From positions 165,540,001 to 165,604,000 of the forward strand of contig JBITNC010000001.1 in assembly GCA_050084985.1 (NCBI GenBank): a DNA stretch of 64,000 nt, in the 5' to 3' direction. A program made the position numbers and the translations under genes. Below the pieces are notes generated by a model that made no database searches, was not told the origin of the DNA, and saw only the letters and a list, made by a program, of their open reading frames with translations. Source of the stretch: Nageia nagi. Its lineage: Eukaryota > Plantae > Pinophyta. This document shows positions 23,481-35,200 of the stretch, piece by piece. Each line of letters starts with the position of its first letter. The stretch's first letter is position 1.

Positions 23481-26276
23481 AGTTTGAAGAGCTTGGGAAA
23501 GTCATCAATGAGCTAGATAGCATATGGGGCAAGTCAGATTTAGCAAAAGCTGAGAATGAAGGGAAAGTACAGCAGGAAGAATGGCCGCAAAACAAATATA
23601 ACAGTCCCCTGTATGGAATACTTGTTGATGAGGAGTTTTGCAATATCATCTTGGGAGGAAAATATTCGAATGATGGCACACATGGCACTAGGAAAAGTGA
23701 CGATAGGTCTGGTTCTATGTGCAGAACTGCAAATTTGCAAGAAAGGGGTAGTATGTGGAATGAACGCATTGGTTTAGGGACTGTTATGGATCATCTACAA
23801 AGAAGGGCACTTGTTGTTGAATAAAGCAGGTTGGGCATCAATGGAAGGCAGCAATGTAATAAAGGTAACAATCTATTATTTCCTCATTTTGATGAATTCA
23901 GTTTTGACATCATGGTAGATGAGAGGTTCTAGCAAAATCAAATCAAGGCATCAATAGTAGCATTAGGAAGACAATTGGATTGGGACTGTTTTGGGATTGA
24001 TTTCACAAGGGCAGCAGTGAGTCTTTTTTTAAGGTATGTCCACAAGTGTGTTCTATAAGAGGGCATTTGAAAGGGCATTCATTTTTAAGGAAGATTCAAT
24101 TATGGGAGTAATCACAGGACAAAAAAATGGACAGCCATATGGTGTCATCATAGAGGCCACTTTGAATGAAAATGGTAATCATCTCATGTGTACTTGTTTA
24201 GGCATCGATCAGTTAGGAGGAAAAGGTTAATTCTTGAACACATTTGGGATTCATGAAGGTAAAGAAGTTGTGCAAGTATATAAAGAGACAGTCCAAAAGA
24301 TGTTTAAACCGCAGTATAGAGTTGAGGATGTTAGAGATGAAGGCATTTTGTTGTGGTTTTTTGCACTTGAGAGCCTTGGGAGTTTTGAGAAACCTAGTCA
24401 TGGGGTTGAAGGGCCTTTATTCCCTGCTGATATGAACAGCCAAACAATGGCTGTAACACATATGGAGGACTGCCCTTTATGGGCCAAAAATGACTGCTAT
24501 CATTTGGCTGAGAATGGAACGACTAATTGTTTGTTTGACGATAGTTTGATTTCAAAAGCCAATAAGTTCTTGCAGGAACAACAAACTTCAATGAAGACAC
24601 CAAAAAGATGGACCCAAACTTCACAACATCAGCAAGAGAGAGACACAAACCAGCCACCAATTGGAGGAAAGTTCAAAAAGGGAGAAATGTCATTGAATGA
24701 GGTTAAAAATGAAAATAGTAAGATTTCCTCTTTTGGAAAGCATGGTGATTCTTGTTTTGGTCAAGAAACAAAGGGGAACGTTGCCATGATTGCCCCAAAG
24801 AAGGGGCACACTCAGTAGGGCTCTATTTGAAGAGTGCAATGATGATCTTTTAGATGCACACTCAGATTTTGGCTAGGTAGAAACAGCAGTGCTTAGGAAG
24901 GTTCCCTTTGGGGGAAATATTGATTATCTTGTATGCCATATCAACTCAGAGATACATGTTGGAGGAGCAGTCATTATAGGAGAAGACAATGATAATAAGG
25001 GTGCAACGATGGGCCAAGAAAGGACTGATCATTGGTGGATCAAAATAACAATCATTCGTTCACACATAGAGGGTGCGTTGGACACAGAGGACTGACTTTT
25101 GGACAGCAGTACATTGTGCGCTCATACACAGTTTTGACAAGACAATCTTGAGAAAGGAATGCTATCACTTGATTGAATTTTGTGTTTGGGGTTGGCCAAA
25201 CAAGAACTGTTGTATAAGGTATAAATTGAAGACCTCCATGACTGATTTTTGCATTGCAAAGACAGCAGTGGGCTGTCAAAAGGGAAGTTGTGTGTCTTAC
25301 AAAATATTGGGGAAATTGGTGATTGATGAACATTTGGAAAAGACAGTTTGGTATGACCAAAAAAAGGACTGCTATGTGATTGAGATTTGTGCAAAAAGGA
25401 CTGTTAGGGGCTGCCCAAACTATGACAACAGTAAGGGGATTTGTGGGACTGATATTGGCATCAAATGAGCAGTCTTAGAGGGTTGTCCAATGATAAATTT
25501 TGAGACTAAAACTTATGTTTTTGGGGCTTCTTGGGACTGCTGTTGGGAAGATGTAACGTTGGGAATCCTCAAGACTGAGTGTTGCAATAAGAAGACAGTT
25601 TTGGGCTGTAAAGAAATAGTTTGTTCATTGAAGAAGTTTAAGACTAATTTTTACATCTCAGAGACAGTGTTTGGTGATAAGAAGAGGGACTGTTTTTGGG
25701 GAGTCACCTTGGAAACCCTTGGAGCTGATTTGTGCACATTTGAGGTAGATTTTATGGCTATTTTAAAGAGGCAGCAGTAGATGAGCATGGACAGCAGTTG
25801 GGCAACACATGGGATCACACTCCAGTCCCAAAAGGAGATGAAGCCTTGTTTTTTCTAACATTTTTGTTTCCTTTTTGTAGATATTGTAGCTGTATATCTC
25901 ATGACTTCTTGACTTTTTCTTGTGGTGAGGGCAGCCAACTGCTGGTTAAACATTGTGATCATCATTGGTACAGCATATTTGAGACCCTTTCGACAACACT
26001 TGGGACAGGTTTGGTGCACCCAATTGACATCATTTTCACGAGAGATTCAGATCTGATCTTGACTAGTACCTATTTTGGCACATCATTCGATGCTTTGATC
26101 ACCATGAGTGCTAAAACAAAGAAGACTCAGCTTGGGCATGATAGTTTCTTCATCAAGATTGCTTGGAGACTGATTTGGAACCCGGGAATTGAAGATATTG
26201 CCACTTGGATCAGCCAAATTGTATGGAGAGGATACATTCATTGCTTGAGGACAAGCAATTTCGTGAGGGGTGGACT

Positions 26277-27341
26277 CGTGATGTCCCCAAATTTGGCGGC
26301 TTACTCATTCTGGCCACTTGGAGTGGAACGTTCCTCTTTATTGTGATATTCTAGCACTTAGTTCCTCTTCATTGTGATTTTCTAGCACTTAGGAGTATTT
26401 AGTTGTCATTTTGATACTTTTGGCATTGTCACATGCCTTTTGAGATATTTTTGGTGTTGTCACACACCCTTTGATGTAATGGTGTGTAATTTGTACTCCC
26501 AAGATCTCTTAATGATGTAAGAACTTCACCATTGGATATATCTCGTCGATTACATGCGAAACGAGTGGTCACATGACCACTGTGAATCAAAATCGAGCAT
26601 TGGAGGAGGTCGGCCATGATGATGATGTTTTCTCCTTGGACAAAGTCGGCCATGTCATGAAATTATGTATTTTTATGATGTTTGATCACATATAAAGGCA
26701 AAATGAGCACACCATGTCTAGGCATTCTTGGAGAACTTCGATCTTTGATCTTTCGAGTTAGGGTTGTGTCCTTCTCACCCTTCTAAGGTCTAGGGATGCG
26801 CTCGAAACCTTAGGAGTGGCATTGGAGCATCTTGGAGAGCAAATCCACCTAGGGTTTGCATTGAATCTTCTTGGAAACTTTTTGCTTTCAACATATTCAA
26901 GCAATTATTCTTCTTACAAATTTGAGTTAGATATGTGCCCTTCTTTTCTTTTTTTGGCCTAGGGATGCGCCCAACAGCCATAGAAGTCTGCATTTGAAGA
27001 ATTGTGAGATATTTTGGACTTCTTGTCTTCTATTTTGGATGCCCTAGCACTTGTTACAGAATGTTATAGTCTTGTTACAAAATTGCAGCCTTATTATTTT
27101 GCATATTTGAAGATTCTGTTTACATATTTTATTCTTCGTATGATAGGCTCTTAAACGAATGTTTCTCATCTCATTAATGCGTTTTGATGATCGTTATACT
27201 GCTATTACCAAATCAGATTTCTGTTACAAGTATTAAAGGCTGAAAGTTATGTTATTCTTTGGATTTGAAGTTAAATATTGAACTATTGCAGATCTGAATT
27301 TGTGCTCTAATTTGTTGGAAAAGTATTTGGGATATTTCACA
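26277..27341 (+). repeat. 3' LTR of the PDS5-carrying element (~1.07 kb)
   Basis: Follows the PPT; its distal half matches 16878-17376. Confidence 0.85.
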
Positions 27342-27918
27342 TTTACAAGTATTTTGCCTTATTATAATAACACTAAATGACTCTTAGAGTCCAATGTCCC
27401 ATATTGGAGAGCCTTCAAGTGGAACTTACATAGAAAAGGCCCTTTACATTGCCTAAATTATCACAATATTTCCAAATTTACTCTAAAATTAATAAAATAC
27501 TCCTAATTAACTAAGAGATCACAATGAGAATGAACATCCCACTTTCTTGTGCCAGAGTGAGTGAGGCGTCAAATTTGGGAATATTATAGAAACACCTACA
27601 TTGCATGCTTTAATGAAAGTTTCTTTGAAGTAAGGGGAATATGCAATGTGAAAAAGGAGACCACGAACGTGAAATAATTGTTAATAGCATCATTAACTTC
27701 CTCTTTGTCCTGAAATATTTAGCAAATCTATTACAAAAATGAAAGCTTTTATGATTCTTTTTCTTGGTATTGGTGGCTTTCTAAAACTATCTCCTCCAAT
27801 AGTTACTCTTATAGCTGTAGCTCTTTTTATCCCAACTCCAATTACCAATAATTGAAGCATCTATTGGTAAACCTAATACTAGAATCTTAGACTTATTCAC
27901 AAGCTTAGTTGTTTCAAC

Positions 27919-29330
27919 CATAGTTGTTAGACTTGGACTCAGCACGGACTGCCAAGGTCCACTCGGACTAGGGACTCAGAAAAAAACCATGGTCAGACTC
28001 CGCAAAAAAAAAGAAGATATTTTCATTGAAAATATAAGTTTTTTCAAATGCATATTGCTTATTACCGTTATTACTATCTTCTAGCAGCTTACTTACTCAA
28101 CATCAACATTATAAAAATTACAATATACACAATTACAAATAAGAAATGACAAATAGGAAGGGTTATATGTTTGCATTCATCAAAATGTAAAACTTCACAT
28201 TGTTCACAATACAAAATCCAACTATGATGGCTGCAAAATACAAAATCACAATCTATAAATGCTGCAAAATAAAAAATCACACAATCACAAAGTAAAAACA
28301 AAAACAATAAACACTATTTGTTTCTTTTCTTAAGTTTGTGATTGTAATTTATAATCACAATCTTAAAATAAAAAATAGAAACCCTAGTTATCCTACTACC
28401 AATTTTAGTTTTTTATCAAACAATCATAGATTTACAAAAACCTACTACTTATTTTTAAAATATATCAATGAAGAGAAAAAATAAAAACCCCAAAATAATG
28501 TTCAATTTCAAAGCAGCAATGAAAAACAAACCAAAAAAAAGAACGTAAGAGATATAAAAATAATTTTATTTACATCAATTCTTCAATTTGTGGGTGTGTT
28601 GGTGTCATTTGGTGGGTGTTAGATTCTTCCCGGCTCAAAAAAAATTCGTTCTATTTGTGAGAAATCGTGTTTTGTAGATGGAAAATGCTTATTGCCCTCT
28701 CTTTCACCTTTCTCCTTCCAGCAACAAATAGAAAAATGCAAAATGAGGGACGTTTTTATGTTTTTAAGATACCTTGTTGCTTCTTTTTTTTAGTTTGGTT
28801 GCATCCGGCAAATCCACGAGTCGAGACATATGTATGTTTTTGAGGTTACATGGCTCCTTTGCATATGTATGTTTTTGAGGTTACATGGCTCCTTTGCATA
28901 TTCTTCAAGAATTGTTGATGAACATTGAAAAGGGTTTGTTGTGTTGCAACCATTGTGGTGTTGCAACCATTACCTCCTATTGAATCTTGAGATCCTGTTT
29001 CACTACAACTAGAAGATACTCCAACATCAACATCAATTTCACTTTGTATTTCAACATTATTGAATTCATATTCTTAATTGCTGCTAATTTTTAAGCAATT
29101 ACAAATATTAGAATTTTAAGAGAGAATCAAGTACCCTTTTTAGCTTGTCTTTTTCACTTGGTTACTATTTTTGTTTGCACTTGTAGGAAAAAAAACCTTG
29201 GTGAAGTCGAAAATCTGTTTAGTTCAAAAAACATCAGACTTCCAAGCAAACACTCAGGTACCATTTTGGCTACATTTCTTCCTTGACTTTCTTTCTTCCC
29301 TTTTGTTGGTTGAGTTAAAAAACTGATGAA
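27919..29330. mobile_element. Possible degraded hAT-like non-autonomous DNA transposon
   Basis: Begins CATAGTTGTTAGACT followed by GACTC(G/A)G subterminal repeats. Only a degenerate right end (GAGTTAAAAAACTGATG) and no TSD. Confidence 0.3.
28827..28900. repeat. 35-bp perfect tandem duplication
   Basis: CATATGTATGTTTTTGAGGTTACATGGCTCCTTTG x2. Confidence 0.9.
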
Positions 29331-31269
29331 TGTTTAAGTAAAATAATAAAACTCTGCTATGTGCATAAGTTGAGAACAGGCAACGAAAGTGAACAATGAC
29401 AATGAAATCTCTTTTTACATTTTCAGTTTTGTTTTAAGTTTGTTGGTTGACTTTTTTTTATTTGTAACTTTTTTTAGGTTTGAAGGAGAAAAGACTTAGA
29501 TGGCCCCACATGTGTTTTTTTTTGGGGGTGTTTTAAATTGTGCAACAATAGGACTCCCCAAATCCCAAGACGTGTTTTAGAGATGCCTCAATGTCCTTGT
29601 TTTTTGGTATGTTTTGGGTAACATCCAAAAAAACTGTGTAAAATGTCCCTAGGAAGTCAGAAAAAAGGGGGCAATTTCAGAATGGCAGGAGACATCCATG
29701 AGCTGTCCATCCATCCTTAGAATTTCCACAAGGACAGGGACATATGTAAGGAGTCAGGAATGCATCTCCATCTATCCTTGATAATAATCAATATTTTCTC
29801 AAAATTCACCAAATATGCCAGAGTCTGCCACAAATACCACCTCATCCAAATCTTCTCTTTCATTCAATATTCGCCAAATTCTGCAGTTACCTTTCTGTAG
29901 CCTAAACCAAAAAAGAAATTCTATGTCTAGGCTCACAATGGTTAATTATTTGGAAACAAAAGAATTATATTCAGCATTGAAAGAAAATTTAGATCTATTG
30001 CAATTTGTGAGGCATATTATTATGTACAAACATATAGAATGTTGCTTCATACTAAAAGCACAAAATCTGCATAAATTAGAAAGTGAAACTAAGTTTGTCT
30101 GCCTTAGGATTACATCTTGTATTATTAAGATAAAACAATTTTTCCAACACTGAAAGCATGTATAGTTTAGCTGGAGAGAATCAGACTACTTGCAGAAAGC
30201 ATTCAAAGCCAGTTGGTTTTCCTTTCCATATTGAACCAAAAGAAATAAGGATAAAATTTGAATTAATTTTTTCTGACAAATTGTTGAAGAAGAATTTCTG
30301 AATTCTAACAGTTTTTCAAACAAAGTTCTGCACGACAAATAAATCATGAGGAATAGAGATAACAACATTTGTCTTCTTTGTAATATTCTTGTTGCGATAT
30401 TTCAGTTTTCGACAATCTATTTCTGATAGAGGCTCACAAAGTTACAGGATATGACTAGAATATTTGGAAAAGTCAAACAAATGTTATGTTTCAGTATAGG
30501 GCTTCTAAACTATTCTAAAGGTCATATAGGTTAAGATGTTGTCCAGGAAGGTTAAGCCACAGAGAAAGAAAGGTACATTCAAACCCCAAGTAAGGAAGCC
30601 CTAATGTTTCTGAACTCAGAAATAAATAAAATGCTGGTTGAGATTTCAGACTCTACAATAGCCTGAGAATATAGAAGAATCTCAAAGACAAATATGGTAA
30701 TACCGTATGTCAGATAGAGGGATGTCCTTTTTTCTAAAGAACCTTTTATTTTCTTAAGAGTTGAAGGGAGTTCCTTACAACAACATGAATTGAATAACAA
30801 CTTACAAAGAACTGACTACAAGATTGCAGAAAGAAACTCACTCTTATTGCTTTGAGATGTTTGTATGTTTCTTTTGAATCTTTATTGAAACTTCAAATCA
30901 AACTTTCAAAGATGTCAATATGATTTTCACAGGTAATGTATGTTCAAGCTTTTGTTGTAAGATGGATAAAAATTCAGAAAGAACATGAAACAATCAGAGA
31001 GTGCATTTGTTACCAGACAAATGTAAAGGAGATAAAGAAGATACAGCAAGATGAAATAAGCAATGCTAGAATGACTTAAGATAAAGGTAAGGCTTTCTAC
31101 TTTTCACAGCTAATCCCACTCTCAGAACTTAGTCTTTAAGCTTTCTTCCTCATTTTGTAAGTTTATAATAAATAGGTATACATCTTAAATTGCAATTCAT
31201 TATCTTGTCCTTGTGAGCAAACACATAAAATATAGTCAGTACCTGATGCCTCCGATAAAGGGCTTAAGA

Positions 31270-31670
31270 CAAAAAAGCCTAAAAGATGCACCAACTGGAT
31301 CCCCTCATCATCCAAATAGTATAAACTCAACTTTGATGGGACATCCAAACCCAATAGATGGGGTAGTAAAAAATAAATTGAGGCATACATGCCCTCTACT
31401 TCAGAGATTTTGGAATAAGATCCAATAGAGAAGATTAACATGGACAAATTTCAGAGGATTGTACATTTCTTTCCACTTAAAGCTAAAAATTATATGGTTT
31501 GAAGGTGATTGGCTAATTCTGATCAATAACCAATCCAAGAGAAACAATGTCTTTTGGAACATCAAGAACATCCATAGCAAGATTGAAATCTGTTGCAAAA
31601 CTTTCCAAAGACCAAAATGACAGACATCAAAATATAAGGCCATAGACTAGCTGATAAGCTAGACAATGAA
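31270..31670 (+). pseudogene. LINE RNase H (RVT_3-like) remnant
   Basis: WIPSSSK*YKLNFDGTSKPN ... FRGLYISFHLKLKIIWFEGDWLILIN..WNIKNIHSKI matches the 'WxPP..KLNFDG' and 'IxxEGDSLxLI' motifs. Confidence 0.65.
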
Positions 31671-32208
31671 GGGTTTTCTTCAAAAGCCATCTACAAATCC
31701 ATTAAACTAGTTGATAAGCTAGACCAGTGATGAAGAATTCTGGGTGCATATGGATAAAGAACCGGTCTATTTCCTTGTCTCACATGTTTTTTTTTGGTGA
31801 ACATGAAGGTATAGTTGGCATGATGAGTTCTATTGTCAGCTCCACATCTGCATGTGGCATGATCAATGGATATAAGCTGTTGGTGGCATGGGCCCCCGTT
31901 CACCTTTGATCAAAGGAGGGTGTGTGTTACCATGCTTATTGGGATCATATTGATGGTTGAGTTCACTCTCCTACAGTGTTGTCCAAGGTGTCAATTGGGG
32001 ATCCAGATGATCATTTGCAAAACTAAGGCCTTATGAATCCTCATTTTCTATCCATGAACATGTATTGGGAAAAAAGGCTGTTTATTTTTCCTATACCTTG
32101 TGATTTGTGCTTTTTTTGTATAAGATTTGTGAGTGATGCCTGCTGGATTGATGCTTGTTGTGAGTGGAATTTATTGCATTATACTACCAATATTCTAATG
32201 CATGATAA

Positions 32209-35200
32209 TGTTACAATGCTACAATTATGAAAAAGGGAAATATTGCAGAAATGAAACGAATATTGATTTGAAACAGGAAAATGACAACTATCTATTGGAA
32301 ATAATAGAGCATGCACTGGTAAATAGAACACGAAATAGCATCAAATAGCAGATAAGCATAGGATTTTACTGAATAGTAACAGAATCACATGTTGCTTCGA
32401 GGGGGCTACCTCCTTACAACTCCAAAGGCGAAAAATAATATTCAAGATACCTTTCTCCACACACTTCCATCTATTTATATTAAAATAACCCTAACCCTAA
32501 TAGTAATGCAAAATCGGGCCCCGCCCTTAAAATCACAATATTATGGTTTACAATATAGGCCGACAATTTAATAAAATACTAATACTAACACTAAAATGTT
32601 AGGATGTGGGATCCTAACATGCCACCCCTCTTGGGATGAAGCTTTGTCCTCAAAACTTGAAGTGTGGAAATTGTTGCTGCTGATGATGAAGGATTTCCCA
32701 TGTTGCATCTTCTAGTGCCATGCCTTGCCACTGCACAAGGACTTCTGTGATGGAGCGATTACGAAGCTGTCGTGAGCGTTGATCCAGAACTGCCTCAAGT
32801 ACCACTACCATTGATCCATCCTCTACCAACTCAGGTAATTGTGTCTGAACCCGAACCTCTGATCCAACCACTTTCTTGAGGCAAGAGACACGAAACACTG
32901 GGTGAATCTTGGAAGAAGCAAGAAGCTCTAATTTGTATGCAGCTGGGCCAATGCGTTGTAACACCTTATAAGGACCATAAAACTTTGGGGCCAATTTTTG
33001 AGGGCCTTTTATTTTTAAAGATTTCTGGCAATAAGGTGGCAACCTCAGAAAGACCATGTCATCTACCTGGAACTCTCTTTCCACATGTTGCTGATCAGCC
33101 TATTGTTTCATACGATGTTGGGCTATCTGAAGGTTATCCTTAAGCAAACGAAGAATATCATCCCGAGTAACTAAAGCTAAGTCAACTGCCTAAACTTTAT
33201 TGGTACCTGCAACATACGAGGTGATTGTTGGTGGAGCTTGACCATTCATTGCTTCATAAGGGGTCATCTTGCTAGCAGAATGATAAGATGTATTATACCA
33301 CCATTCAGCCAAAGGAAGCCATCGTTTCCAAGCATTTGTTGACAATTTCAATCTGGCCATCAGTTTATGGGTGATATGCTGAGCTCATGTTTAATTGGGT
33401 GCCTTGCAGTTTAAAAAGCTCTTGCCAAAAATGACTTGTAAAAGTGGGATCACAATCAGTGACAATCATCTCTAGCATGCCATGTAGTTTGAAAATTGTA
33501 TCCAGGAATAATTGTGCCACTATTACTGCTTTGTAGGGATGAGCCAATGAACCAAAATGAGCATTGGATAACCGATTGACCACCACTACAATTGAGATAT
33601 CGGTCCATGAACGGGTAGGTATGGGAAGAGGTTGAAGGAGTCCCGGAGTACCCACTATCTCACCCCTTTGTCGTTGACACACATCACAAGCTGCCACAAA
33701 CTGCTTGATATCTAATTTCATACCTATCCAATAGAATGACCGTGCCACTCATTTATAAGTTTTCAAAAATCCTTCATGTCCTGATGTAGGTGTGGAATGC
33801 AATTCGGCAAGTATTTCTGATTTACATTTTGAAGGAGACAGTAACAAAATTCGACCTTTGAATCTCAAAATACCATCATGCCATGTATGGTGTGGTTTAC
33901 CCGTGGGGTCTGGAGTGATCTGTTTTAGCAATTCTTGGGTGGAACTATCCTCTACCCACTCTTGTTTAACTTTATCCAACCATTGAGGAATAGGAGATGA
34001 AAGAGCTTGCAATGCTACTTGATCTTCAAATTTTCTGGACAAAGCATCAGCAACCACATTCCCCTTACCTTTACGATATACTATCTCATAATCATACCCC
34101 AGTAGTTTGGTTACCCATTTTTGTTGCTCATGCTTAGAAATGCGTTGCTCAATGAAAAATTTCAAATTGTGATGATCTGTGAGGATGATGAAATGGCGAC
34201 CAATGAGATATGGTCTCCAACGTTGAACTGCATGAATGATAGCAAGAATTTCTTTTTCATAAGTGGATTTACCCAAATTTTTTCTAGAGAGTGCTCTACT
34301 AATGAATGCCAAGGGACGCCCTTCCTGCATTAATACTGCCCCGATTCCTACTCCACAAGCATCACTTTCTATCATAAAGGTTTTAGTAAAATCTGGCATT
34401 GCTAATACCGTGGTGGTACACATCACCTCTTTGAGCTTAAGGAAAGCTGCCTCAGCTTGAGGGGACCATTGGAATGCATTCTTTTTCAACAACATGGTTA
34501 AAGGTGTTGGAATCTTGCCATAATCCTTCATAAATTTCCTATAATAGCCTATCAACTCCAAGAATCCTCGAAGACTTTTCAAAGATGTAGGAATAGACCA
34601 GTTTTGCATGTCAGTAATCTTTTGTGGATCCACCTTAACTCCCTTTTCGGATATAACATGGCCTAAGTAGTTAATTTCCCTCTTGCCGAATGAACATTTT
34701 GATTTTTTTGCATATAGCCGGTGTTCCTTCAAGATTTGTAAGGTTTGGTCAACATATGTCATATGTTCTTGCCATGTCTTACTGTAGATCAAGATATCAT
34801 CAAAGAAAACTAAAATGAATTTCCTGAGGAACGGACGAAACACCTAATTCATTAAACTTTGAAATGTGGATGGAGCATTTGTGAGGCCAAAAGGCATGAT
34901 CAGGAACTCATAATGGCCCTCATGGATGCGAAATGGAGTTTTTGGTATATCCTCCTCCTTGAGGCAGATTTGGTGATACCCAAATCGCAGGTCCAGCTTG
35001 GAAAAATATCTTGCCTCATGCAGTTCATCCAATAATTCATCAATGACCGAGATGGGAAATTTGTCCTTGATGGTAATTTTGTGGAGGGCCCTAAAATCCA
35101 CACACATACGCCAAGAACCATCTTTCTTACAAACCAATATAACTGGAGAAGAGTATGGGCTTACGCTATGTCGGATTACTCCTGCATCCAACAGTTTCTT

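Larger units (their letters stand above)
16878..27341 (+). mobile_element. Non-autonomous LTR element carrying a captured PDS5 fragment; 5' LTR truncated; interrupted by a nested element
   Basis: Partial 5' LTR 16878-17376 matches 26804-27339. iMet PBS TGGTATCAAAGC at 17378-17389. PPT GAGGGGTGGA precedes the 3' LTR (C)GTGATGTCCCC 26277..TTTCACA 27341. No recognisable gag/pol of its own. Confidence 0.85.

Noticed and set aside
29500-29780. Possible MITE remnant with GTCC/GGAC motifs
   Set aside because: No TIR pair or TSD could be identified.
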